DNA of 63,756 bases, filler included, from Hyphochytrium catenoides (lineage: Eukaryota > Protista > Hyphochytriomycota): assembly GCA_900088475.1 (NCBI GenBank). It is 11 parts of 11 records of this genome, joined end to end, with 100 filler letters (N's around TTAATTAATTAA, not from the genome) between each part and the next. Parts side by side here need not be neighbours in the genome. Positions count along the whole stretch, not along the records: positions 25,292 to 35,456 come from FLMG01004291.1; positions 35,557 to 37,533 come from FLMG01001204.1; positions 37,634 to 39,093 come from FLMG01004379.1; positions 39,194 to 57,547 come from FLMG01001235.1; 7 more parts are not named here. One strand, written 5' to 3'. Below, in pieces: positions 31,137 through 41,795 of the stretch (position 1 is the first letter of the stretch; each line of letters starts with the position of its first letter). A program made the position numbers and the translations under genes. A model generated the notes under the pieces. The model was given only the letters and a program-made list of their open reading frames with translations. It searched no databases and was not told where the DNA came from.

Positions 31137-31562
31137 TGTTGGACTTGTGCTCTTCGTCGGAGATTTGATGAATGAATTAGTTGATCAAAGTAACCAAATG
31201 CTCATCAAGCTCTTGTCTAGTGCTTCTTCTAGAGCTAACTAGCTAAACTACATAAGTCGCTAACTTATTGCTGAACTACTGAGCTACTTCCGATGTCCAA
31301 GTTCTACGATGAAAGTGGAACACATGCAAAGACGATAGAAGTAGAAGGGAGCGAGAGAGAAAGACCTCAGAAGAGACACGAAGGGAGAAAGGCTTTCAAG
31401 AGCTTCGGTCCTTGTGTCCAGTGAGAAGTTCAGAGCGCCATCAGAACTTTCATCTGCAAAGTTTAACGCAGAAGACCAGCACGGTCTAGTGCAGAGACAG
31501 TGCGCGAGAGACTTTCCAGTGCAGAGTCCGAACGTCAGCAGTAACTTCAAGTATTCTCTCCA
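31137..31562 (-). repeat. Putative 3' LTR of the Copia element
   Basis: On the minus strand the PPT GAGTGGGAG (31563-31571) is followed directly by TG. The segment ends ...GTCCAACA at 31137 and contains AATAA. No 5' LTR is available for comparison. Confidence 0.6.
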
Positions 31563-33905
31563 CTCCCACTCGTTTGGCTCCGTCACTGGCTTTGTCCTTA
31601 AAGTTGCGGTGCCGCTGGACCACAAAGTACCAAAGCAAAAGCAGAGCGCTTATCCCTCGGTAGAGCCTTATTTAAGCACATCAGCGACCATGGCCTCCCC
31701 GTTGCCAAGTACTTGACCTTAAGTTCCTTACTTTCTACTTTGTGACGTACAAAGTGATAGCGCAGCTCTATGAGCTTGGTCCTATGGTGACCAACAGGAT
31801 GGTCAGCAAGAAAGATGGACCCCATGCTATCTTCATAGATTGTCGTTGGTCCCTCTCCTTTAAATCCTAAGTCTCGAAGTAACTGGCGCAACCATACCGC
31901 CTCCTTCGCTGCCTCCCGATAAACCAATGTACTGTGCCTCAGTACTAGAGAGAGCAACCGTTGTTTGCTTCTTGAATTTCCATGTCACCGCCGCACCACC
32001 ATAAAAGAAGGCATAGCCGTAAGTGCTCTTCCGATCCTTTTTGTCACCAGCCCAATCTGCATCCGAGAGGCCAATCAGTTCTTCAGAAGAAGTGATGAAG
32101 ACCGGTTGTTTGCGATAAGTGATAGAGTAATCTATCGTCGCCTTGAGATACTGTAGTAAGCGCTTCATCGCGCTCCAGTGTGCCATACTTGGCCTCGACG
32201 CAAAGCGGCCAAGTAGTCTGACAGCAACAGCAATGTCTGGTCTAGTCCGCTGCATCGCATACATTACACATCCAAGTGCCTTCATGTACCGTTAGTTCCC
32301 GAAGCCCTGGTTCCGTCACTGTAGTAGAGAGAAAGAGATTCTCCACCGAAGAGGGAGAAAGCGGCGTGTGTGCAGGTTTTGCAGTGAAGCATGACGAAGC
32401 GCTTCAGAATGGACTCAATATACTTTCTCTGAGAGAGAGCAATAATAGTACGTACCATCCTTCTGCTTTATCTCCAGACCCAAGCAGTAGGAGAGATCCC
32501 CTAAGTCCGTCATCTTGAAGGTGGCGCACAGAGATGCCTTCAAGCGTGCTGTCTCCTCTGAATCACTCTTAGCAATGATGAGATCACCAACATAGCATAA
32601 GACATAGGTAACCTTCTTGTCTCCACCTTCCTTTTTGTAGAGGCAGAGATCAGTTTGGCTCTGGGAAAAGCCTTGACTGATAAGGAAGTCATTCAGGACC
32701 TTGTTCCATGATCGGCTGGCCTGCTTTAGTCCATGAATAGACTTCTTTCAGTTTGCAGACTAAGTGTTTCTCTCCCGTTTTTACCTAGCCCAGCGGCCGC
32801 CTCATGTACAGCTCCTCTTCCAGCACTCCATTCAGAAAAGCTGTCTTGAAGTCCATCTCGAGAAGCCTCATCTGCTTTGCAGCAGCCAGAGCTACTACTA
32901 GCCGAATCATGGCAAACTTGACCACCGGACTGAAGGTTTCTTCGTAGTCAACTCTCTCTAGTTGCGTGGAACCTCGAGCTACTAGCCTTGCCTTGTGTCG
33001 TTGGACGTTGCCATCCTTATCGCTCTTTACTTTGAAAAGCCATTTACAAGTAATGGCTTTTCTGCCTTTGGGCAGCTCCGCCAGCTCCCAAGTCTTGTTC
33101 TCCATATGAGAGGTCATTTCCTCGTCCATGGCTTCCCTCCAAGTTTCTGCTGCTGGACTAGAGATGGCTTCCTTGTAGCTAGCAGGCTCGTCACTGTCGA
33201 CCACACTGTCTCTAACGGAGTTAGCAAAGCGAGTCACCATAAAATCTCTGGCCGGCGGTCGAGACGTTCTGGTGGACTGTCGTAACCCAGGGTTAACGCT
33301 GTCAGGAGGAGTGGAGTCAACTGCAGCATCATCGTAGGTCGTTTCGTCTTCATTCTCCAGCGCTCCCACTGGCTCCTTAAACTCTTCTGATTGACAGCCC
33401 GCTTCCATTTCCAAGTCAAACCTCACAGCTCTTCTCAGGCCTGGGAGGGATTCCTCCTTGAAGAGCAAATCTCTGGAGATCATGATCTTTCTGTAGCCTG
33501 AAGTAGGATCCGCTAAACGATAAGCCTTGGAGGCAGTATCATAGCCTACTAGTACCATTCGCAAGCTCTTGGGGGCCAAGCTTGCGTTTCCTTTTCTCAA
33601 CAGGGATGTGTACGAACGCTTCACACCCAAAGGTACGTGCAAGTGAGAGAGATCAGGCTTCTTCCCAGTGAGAGCTTCAATGGGTGTCACCAAGTGTTTC
33701 AGGACGGCAGTGGGGCTCCGATTTCTTAAGTAGACGGCAGCTCTTACTGCTTCCACCCATAAGACTCCCGGAAGGCCAGCATGTAGTAGTAAAGCTCTGG
33801 CGGTCTCGACAATGACCCGCAAGTCCATTCTGTTGTGGAGAATACGGAGCTGTGACCTGGTGTTGAATGCCATGCTTAGAGAGGAACTCCTTGAACTCCT
33901 TGGAC

Positions 33906-34280
33906 TTACTCTGTAGTATGTAAGAGAGTGAGTCAATGGGTTTAGCTAAGTCTTCGCTTCGGCTGGCCAGGCCTCAGCTCCGACAAAGCTCTGCAGAGGA
34001 AGACTTGTAAGTCGAATCTAAGGACGTTTCTCTTAGATCGAACTTTATTGACTGGTTTACATTGTGAGTAGAAGCAAACCGATCTCAGGGAGAGCAGAAA
34101 GAGGAGGGAAGAAGGATAGAACTAGAGATGAGAGCAACCTCCTTCGTAGTAGCGCTACGCTGATAGCCAACCATTGGCCCAGGAGACTCGGACTACCCAT
34201 CCTCGTCGGCTAGTTCCTCTAAACGAATTGTAGTTCAGAGGAGTATATGGTACTACTACACGGAGTATTCACATATAACA
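33906..34280 (-). mobile_element. Solo-LTR-like insertion splitting the Copia integrase
   Basis: Interrupts LRTDGGEF|(M)SKEFKEFL. Begins TGTTA on the minus strand and contains AATAAA. Visibly homologous to 37249-37533 (shared GAGTGAG..CAATGGGTTT, GCTGGCCAGGC, GAAGACTT, ATCTAAGGAC, CTTTATTGACTG). Confidence 0.75.
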
Positions 34281-35456
34281 TAAACTCTCCTCCGTCAGTT
34301 CTCAAAATCTTGATCATGTTGCCGGTCTGCAACTCAATGTTAGACTAAAGGTCTTGAAGTCTGCGAATGCTTCATCCTTTGTGCGCAAGAAGCCCACTCC
34401 GGTGATCGCAGAGGCCTCATCGCTGTAGAGGACACAGTAGCGCTCTCCCGCGGCGGATGGCGTCTCAAACGGGCCAACCAGATCAGCATGCACGATGCCC
34501 AGTACCTCATCACACTTTTTGTGATTTGTCGGAAATGGATGCCTATGGGACTTGGCAAGTGCGCAACCATCACAAAATATGTGATTGGCATTTCCAGTAA
34601 TTCTGATACCATCCACCAGGGTTGGAAGCTGCTTCAAGTATCTCAGACACAGATGTCCCATTCTCTCATGCCACCGAGTCACATCTGCAGATCCGCTTTC
34701 CCATGCAATCTGCAGAGCTTCTTCGCCTTCCGAGGCATTGCTGGACAGAGCCGCCAGTGGCTGAGTGTCAGGCTTGCACTGGAGATAATAGAGATTACCA
34801 TGGCGCTTGCCCATCACAATCTCCATGGCCTTCTTCTTGCCCTCCTTCTTCCGAGCAATGAAGCTGTTAGAGGAGAACTCGAAGTTCATGCCGCTGGTGG
34901 CTGTGGCGGCAGAGACGCTACACAGGTTCTTCTTGAGCTCAGGCACATACAAGACCTTCCGAAGTACCATCTGCTGCTTCCGGCCCTTCTCACGGAGCAC
35001 GAGTGTGACAGTGCCGATCCAATGCTGCAACTTCCTGCTCGTCTGATACTCTGACCGTCTGGTTGATTGCCTTGTACAAAGTCAACCAATCTTTGCGGCA
35101 GCACGTATGGCCGGAGGCACCACTGTCAATGATCCAGCGTGAGGTCTGGTCCTGACTAGGAACGGTCTTGGAGGTGAAAGCCAGGTATTCTTCTTCACCC
35201 ACCTCAGCAGCGCTGTTGGCATGTGCGGCTTTTTCTTGTCTTTGTCACCACTGGGAGGCGCCTTGCAATCTCTTGCTCGGTGACCGGGCTGTTTACAGTT
35301 GGAGCACCGTCCCTTGAACTCTCCTCTCCTTTTGCCGGGGGGTTCTTGGGTCCGGGCGTAGTATCCTCTTCCTGCTGCCTACCGGTGCCCGCTTGGAATG
35401 CCACTGGAGGCTGTAACTATTGTCACAAACAGAGGTTTCTGTGGTACTTTATTTAG

Positions 35457-35556
35457 NNNNNNNNNNNNNNNNNNNNNNNNNNNNNNNNNNNNNNNNNNNN
35501 TTAATTAATTAANNNNNNNNNNNNNNNNNNNNNNNNNNNNNNNNNNNNNNNNNNNN
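35457..35556. other. Artificial contig-joining spacer
   Basis: N44-TTAATTAATTAA-N44. Confidence 0.97.
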
Positions 35557-36002
35557 TCCATCATTTCTCGAAGTAAATCAAGCTTTCTTCTCTGCTCGCA
35601 CAGTAATAGGCTAATGTCTTGTTCTTCATCTGCCTTTGCCGATAAGAAGGAGGTAAGAGTAGTCACAAAGTTGTTTGCGCTTCTGCTCTCAAAAGATTCT
35701 TCCAATTTGAGCCAAGCCTCTCTCGCAGTTCCTCTACGAGGTAGAAGTGGAATAATGTTGTCAGCCACTGCCAAAACAATCTTGTTGAACGCCCTTTTGT
35801 CATTCTTTAGCCAAAAAGACTGCATCGTAGCCCTAGACGTAGACATGGACTTGTTCTTTGAGGAGATATCAGGGGATCGTTGGCTCCCGTCAACATGATG
35901 AAGGAGGTTCAGTTCATCGAGATAAGCCTCCATCTTCAATCGCCAAACAGGGTAGTCCTCCATCCCTTGTAGCTTTGATAACGTAACCAGGAAAGAGCTC
36001 AT
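35557..36002 (-). mobile_element. Copia gag N-terminus (DUF4219/Retrotran_gag_2-like), truncated
   Basis: KLQGMEDYPVWRLKMEAYL...LLHHVDG, WLKNDKRAFNKIVLAV and TAREAWLKLEESFES are typical Copia gag patterns. Confidence 0.85.
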
Positions 36003-36622
36003 TATGTTGATGATCCTGGGGGCTTGAAATAGGTCTTTTGAAAAATGCTCGTATGACTGAAATTTTCGGTGGAATGGTTGAAATTTATACCGAAGTTTTG
36101 GATGAAACTTTTCAATGTATCAAATGTTTCCTCGAAGTTTTCGTTGAAATATTTCCGAAAGTTTCGCTGAAGCAGGATTGTCGTTAGCGGCTATATGACC
36201 CTACAGGTAGCCGGTACTGGCTAGTTGTTTAAGCGGCCGGCGAGACCGGGTAGCCGTTATTGCCCAGTGGAGCTCGTTGGCTGCTCCAGGGGCCCTGAAG
36301 GAGCCGATTTTGCGGATGGATTTAGCTCTATATCCCACCCATCCTTCCAATACCAGATTCCCGTCATTTGTTTGGGAGCATTCCGCACGCTTTTTAGAAG
36401 TGCGCTTGAAGAACCTGGAAATACGATACAGAGTTACAAGACACACGTTACAGTAAGCGAAAATCACACTGTCTTTTCAACACTACTAATACTTAACGTG
36501 GGTGCACAAACCCACTTGGCCTAAATTCTTTACCAAAAAGGGAAATCTGCAACTTTAAGGAGCCCATATGTGCGTAGAAAAGTGTACTAAAAGGGACAAG
36601 AAGCTCGTCCTTGGGGTGCTAA

Positions 36623-37206
36623 TAGGGTTGTGCAGGCAGACAGGCAATTCCACTAACTCTCTCATTGAAAAGTAAGTGTCAAAAGCTATACGCTAAGAGG
36701 CACAGACGGTTTCGCCAGCACAAAAAGCCCATCATAGCTGATGCCAAGAGTGAGTGAACAGACAATGTTGGAAGTACTTGAAAGGAAATGGCTCTTACGG
36801 TACGGTAGAAAAGTAAAGGATATTCCAGGACTTGAACCTGGATCTCATGAATGATCAACCAAGCGTGCTACCACAACAAAGACATTGCACCAAATATCCA
36901 TACACGACTGGAGTGACCAAGGACTATATACCGGATACAACTCACAGTCCTAACAGTGCTCACATGTACTACTAAAGCATAAAGGTAGTACCAGTACATC
37001 ATCCAAAGTAAAAAGCTAAATGAGCGCTAGATTTGGAGATTACGACTGAAAATTCCCCAAAAAACAAACTGTCTGGCAAAGGTGAGAAACAAGTATGCTC
37101 GAAAGTCAACTTATTGTCGTCAAATTGGCGGGATTGTCCAAACTCAGATTGTCTGTCGGTCTGACTCGGATTGTCAGCAGATTGTCTGTCTGTCCGCACA
37201 ATCCTA
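36623..37206. mobile_element. Non-autonomous TIR (hAT-like MITE) element, 584 bp
   Basis: Left end TAGGGTTGTGCAGGCAGACAGGCAAT versus reverse complement of right end TAGGATTGTGCGGACAGACAGACAAT: 22/26 identical, all mismatches transitions. Four GATTGTC repeats at the right end. No clean TSD. Confidence 0.7.
36818..36899 (-). tRNA. tRNA-like gene/pseudogene of undetermined isotype, with an 11-nt D-loop insertion and an 8-nt anticodon loop
   Basis: Perfect acceptor stem GGATATT/AATATCC; D stem GTGC/GCAC; anticodon stem CTTGG/TCATG (4 of 5 pairs, one G-U); variable region AGAT; perfect T stem CCAGG-TTCAAGT-CCTGG. TATATA at -31..-26 and TTTACTTTT immediately downstream. Confidence 0.7.
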
Positions 37207-37248
37207 ATGTAATAAGGCCTACCCTCGTGGTGAGGGCTAGGTGTGTAA

Positions 37249-37533
37249 TGTAAGAGATTGACTACTGACTGTTGTTAGATTTCGTAAAGAAAAAAAGAGT
37301 GAGATCAATGGGTTTCCATAACTAAATCTCTGCTTTAGCTGGCCAGGCTAGACTCAGGTCTGGCAAATCTTAGCAGAAGAAGACTTCTAATGAGGCGTAT
37401 CTAAGGACTTTGCCCCCAGCTCGAGCTTTATTGACTGATGATCAACATGCCCGCAAGGACAAATTGATCGCAGGGAGGAACAGAGGGGAGAAGTGTTATA
37501 ATGTATGGGATTTGAAGACACTCTTATTTAGGT
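37249..37533 (-). mobile_element. LTR fragment of the same family as the 33906-34280 insertion, truncated by contig end
   Basis: Forward strand starts TGTAAGAG; colinear similarity to 33906-34110; reverse-strand AATAAA. Confidence 0.65.
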
Positions 37534-37633
37534 NNNNNNNNNNNNNNNNNNNNNNNNNNNNNNNNNNNNNNNNNNNNTTAATTAATTAANNNNNNNNNNN
37601 NNNNNNNNNNNNNNNNNNNNNNNNNNNNNNNNN
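37534..37633. other. Artificial contig-joining spacer
   Basis: N44-TTAATTAATTAA-N44. Confidence 0.97.
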
Positions 37634-37904
37634 TCATCAGTCATTTGATAGACTCCGCATATCAAAAGGGGCACATGTCTTACGATTGAAGAGTCTAACC
37701 AGGAATTCGTTACACAGACTGCCTCGCGGCCGGTTCTCGATGGCATTAGCAGTCAATGTTTGGGGTGATCAGCCTTCGATGCCTGTTAGGTTCCTTGGCC
37801 TTAGGTTTTTATCTTAACTGGGCTAGGTAACTTATATAAATATGTTGATTTCTTGGACGCTGCTAGGCCGTAATGTCCTCGCCTACTGCAGCGGCGTTAC
37901 ATGG

Positions 37905-39093
37905 CTAATCATCCGCCTTTTGCATGAGGATCTCTCCTCCTGACTGTAAGGGGAAAGAAAGGAATGTGCATCAAGTTCAGTCATTCTCCAAATCATCTCC
38001 TTCTTAACTCCAGATCTTTCATGAGCTCACCTGAACTCCAAAGGACCCCAAGTTGGCACTATCATCATCTAGTGGAAAGGGAAACCCCTGGAGATGCAGA
38101 AGTGCTGAGAGTGAGCGAAAGCGGGAAAGTATAGAGGATAGCCAGAAACATTTACGTTGGAAGAGTAAGAAGCAAGATCTGGGGGCGTACTTACTTGAGG
38201 AGCATGGAGCAGGGAGTGCTAAAGATAGAGAGCGAGAAGAAGCTCTTACCTTCTTATCAGGTCGATAGTGCAACACTTGCTTGTCAGGAGTAACTTTGAA
38301 CCGTCGTTGGAGCAACAACTTGACGTCCTTCACAGCCATACTAGAAAGGGAGAGGCAAGTGGAGAGAGAGAGATCTCAATGTTAGCAGCAGATCAGATCC
38401 TAACTATAGGGCAGACAACTAAGGGCGAAGGAATCTGCAGCGTGGGCTTAGGAAGCTTCTTAAGGAAGCCAAGGATATCGTGCTCCGGCAATGTGTAAGA
38501 TCCTGGCAGGATTCCTTACCTGAGGAGGAGTTTCTTCTTAAGCGGTTCCACTGTCATGGAGTCTGAGGCCATGGAAGTCAGAGTCACTTCGACTAGCTCT
38601 GAGGACAAGGTGGAGCTCCCTGAGTCTACCCGGCCCACCTGTATAGGAAGAAGAACAGGGGCAAAAGTATAAGTTCTAGGCCTACTAAGGACCTAAAAGA
38701 TTTTGAAGCACAGAGAGGCCAGGAGTTCTACCACGATGTCGAGAAGTGAAGAAGGCTATCCGAACTGCAATAAAGGACTCAGATAGTGAAGCGAGGAAGG
38801 GAGGCCAGGAGTCGACAGAGTAACAGAATAAGAAAATGAGTAAGGTAACACCCTAAAGAGAGGTAGACAGTATGAGACCTGGTGAGAGTCGACTAGCAGA
38901 AGAAGAGTCACTGGAAGACGGAAAGCTATGCAAAATAGAGATATAGAGAACGGAAGAAGCAAGAGGACGTCTAGTGAGAGACAGAGCAGGGAGAGGACAG
39001 GACTCTACCTCCGGTTCGCCGTACTTCTCCACTAACATCGAATATCGTGGATGCATCTTCTTCACCCCTTCCGCTGCTTCTGGACCCTGAGAG
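37905..39093 (-). CDS. TBCE: Tubulin-folding cofactor E C-terminal part (ubiquitin-like domain), 5'-truncated, multi-exon
   Basis: Exons HPRYSMLVEKYGEPE / LSSELVEVTLTSM...EPLKKKLLLS / MAVKDVKLLLQRRFKVTPDKQVLHY / PFPLDDDSANLGSFGVQ / SGGEILMQKADD* match the TBCE HPRY..L...YG plus Ubl layout. Confidence 0.82.
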
Positions 39094-39193
39094 NNNNNNN
39101 NNNNNNNNNNNNNNNNNNNNNNNNNNNNNNNNNNNNNTTAATTAATTAANNNNNNNNNNNNNNNNNNNNNNNNNNNNNNNNNNNNNNNNNNNN
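39094..39193. other. Artificial contig-joining spacer
   Basis: N44-TTAATTAATTAA-N44. Confidence 0.97.
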
Positions 39194-39555
39194 AGAGAGA
39201 GAGAGAGAGAGGATAGACATAGAGCGAGGGTAAGTGCAACTAGAGAGACATAACATCAGAGCCCTTGAAAGAGGAAAAGAAGAGATATGACGCCAGGGAG
39301 GACAGAAGGTAAAAATAAGAGCTCTCCTGGGTGAGAGCAAGCGAGAAAAGGAGAAGGAGAGAGAGAGCTCGGAAGCAAGTGCTGCGAGAGAAAGAGAGGC
39401 ACGAAGAGAGGGACTTCGAGAAGCAGAAGGGACTGAGAGCGCTAAACCACTCCGTCCCAGAAGAGGCTAAAGAGGAGTGTAGAGACAGAAAGTGAAAGGA
39501 ACGCAGAGCAAAAAGGAGAAGAGAGAGAGAAAAAGAGAGATAAAGAGACTCCAAC

Positions 39556-39888
39556 CTCATAATTCTGCACGGTGAACTGCTTTCCTCCATACATTCCTTG
39601 TGAGGTACCCTGGAAGGACGCCTCCAGCGTGTAGCTGCAGGGGATCGACAAGTCTTTGCAGACGACAGCGCGAGCAGTGCCTCGCTTGGCGGCAGGCAAA
39701 TGGAAACTGAGAGAGAGAAAGTGAAGGGAGAGAAGAGGAAAGAGGGACAGGCACAGGCAGGGCGAGAGAGAGGAGAGGAAAGCTAAGAGACAAGGGCGAT
39801 CAAGTGACCTGATTGCATAAGCTTTCGGCCTTCGACTTGGGGAACATAGGCTTGCTGCGCTTCTTATCTACAATTTCCTTTTCGTCTG

Positions 39889-39929
<41 letters not shown>

Positions 39930-40470
39930 GTCTCTAGAATCACAAGGTTCTTCCCCATACACATTTGGATGCTCTCGTGAGTTCCTCTCTCAGCACATTT
40001 GGCTCTCTCTCCCTCTTCATTAAATATGTCTCTCTCAATCTTCTCTCTTCATCCCCTTCGTTCCGACTCTCTCTCTCTCTTGTCACTTCACTCTCCCTTC
40101 CTCTTCTCCTTCACACACACACACTCTCTCTCTATCTTTTCCCTCTCCTCTCTCTCTATCACCTTTTCCCTCTCCTCTCTCTCTATCACTTTTTCCCTCT
40201 CCTCTCTTTCTCTCAATCTTCTCTTCTCTCTTCTCTCTTTCTTTTGCTTTCTCCCTCTCTTTCTCTCTCTCTCTTTTCAGTGATTACGCTCTCTCTCACC
40301 TGCAGTCCTTGAGGCTGAAGTAGTGCTTCCCAACATTTCCTTCTCGGAATATCTTTGGGAAGTTTCTGACCGCCGGTCGAGGGTCGTGAGGCTCATCGCA
40401 GCCGTAGAGGAATACGTTCAACCGCCGCGAGTGCCCGTGGATATCACAGAAGAAGACGACCTAACCCAAA

Positions 40471-40533
<63 letters not shown>

Positions 40534-41137
40534 ATGGAGCGAAAGGTTTAGAGAGCTAGCACTATAGGGTTAGGGGAAGTTGGGTTAGGGGGTTAGGGGA
40601 AGTTGGGAGAGAAAGAGTGTGATGGAGAGGTTTGACGCGATAGAACTAGAGACGAACAGAAATAAGCCGAGAGAAAGAGGAGAGAAAAGAGAGAGAGAGA
40701 GAGCAAAAGATAAGTGGAAGGACAGGGGAAAGAAAGCAAAAAGAGACAGGGAAAAGCCAGCTTGCAGAAAGAGCCGCAGGATGGCAGGGGAAGAGGGAAA
40801 GAGAGAGAGATAGGGAGACAAAGGCACTCCTTCTTGCCTCTCTTTTCTTCTGTTCTTCCCTAATGCGCTCCTTAAGGTAGAATATGGTAGGAGTCTTATC
40901 TCTCTCTGGCTCTTGCCAGCATCGGTTCAAATCCTGGCCGTTGAGATCACACCGGTTGTTTCCTAAAGAGCAAAAGAGAGAGACAGCAGAGAGAGAGAGA
41001 GAGAGGCAGAGAGAAAGTGAGAGAGAGAGAAGGTCGTTATCACTGCCTGAAGAAGGCTAAAAGAAAGGAGGAAGGGAAAGGAAAGTGACCGCAGAAAGAT
41101 GAGAGAAAAGGAAGACGGAGAAAGATGTAAGCGAAAG

Positions 41138-41197
<60 letters not shown>

Positions 41198-41733
41198 GTT
41201 ATCACTGCCTGAAGAAGGCTAAAAGAAAGGAGGAAGGGAAAGAAAAGTGACCGCAGAAAGATGAGAGAAAGGGAAGACGGAGAAAGGTGTAAGCGAAAGA
41301 AAAGAGAGAGAGAGAAAGAGGAGAGAGAGAGAGAAAGAGGAGAGAAAGAGTTACCGACGACGACGCCGTCGGGATTCAGCATCGGGACGACGAGGAAGAC
41401 AAAGCTATTGCGAAGCTCCTGTGCCATGGGACTTGGACCTACACAAAGCCGTGCCGAGAGACAGAGAGAGGGAAGAAAGGAAGGACGAACGAGAAAATAA
41501 GCGAGAGGAAGAGAAAAAGAAAAGGAAAGAGAGAGATACAGAGAGACACGGGGCAAGACACAGAGAGAGAGACAAGAAAAGTAACAGAGAGAGAGAGACA
41601 GTCAGAGAGAAAGAAGTGAGAGGGAAATGGATACAGAGTGAGGTAGGGAAAGAGAGAAGGAGAGGTAAGGGTCAGAGTAAGAAAGGTGGGAGAGAGAGTT
41701 GTCGAGCGCAAAGAGGTGTAAGCTGAGAGTAGG

Positions 41734-41795
<62 letters not shown>

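Larger units (their letters stand above)
31137..35411 (-). mobile_element. Decayed Ty1/Copia LTR retrotransposon (zinc knuckle-PR-GAG-pre-integrase-INT-RT-RNaseH, PPT, 3' LTR)
   Basis: CCHC CSNCKQPGHRARDC; protease WIIDSGASGH; WHERMGH and CDGCALAKSHR; integrase VHADLVGP, LRTDGGEF and PYSPQQNG; RT RHKARLVARG and MDFKTAFLNG, with YVDD decayed to YVGD; RNase H DADWAG...RKST and VALSSTEAQY. Integrase before RT is the Copia order. Multiple frameshifts. Confidence 0.95.

Noticed and set aside
36190-36230. Copia PBS/5' LTR or Helitron hairpin
   Set aside because: No CA-flanked tRNA-complementary PBS, no similarity to the 3' LTR, and hairpin spacing does not fit a Helitron end.
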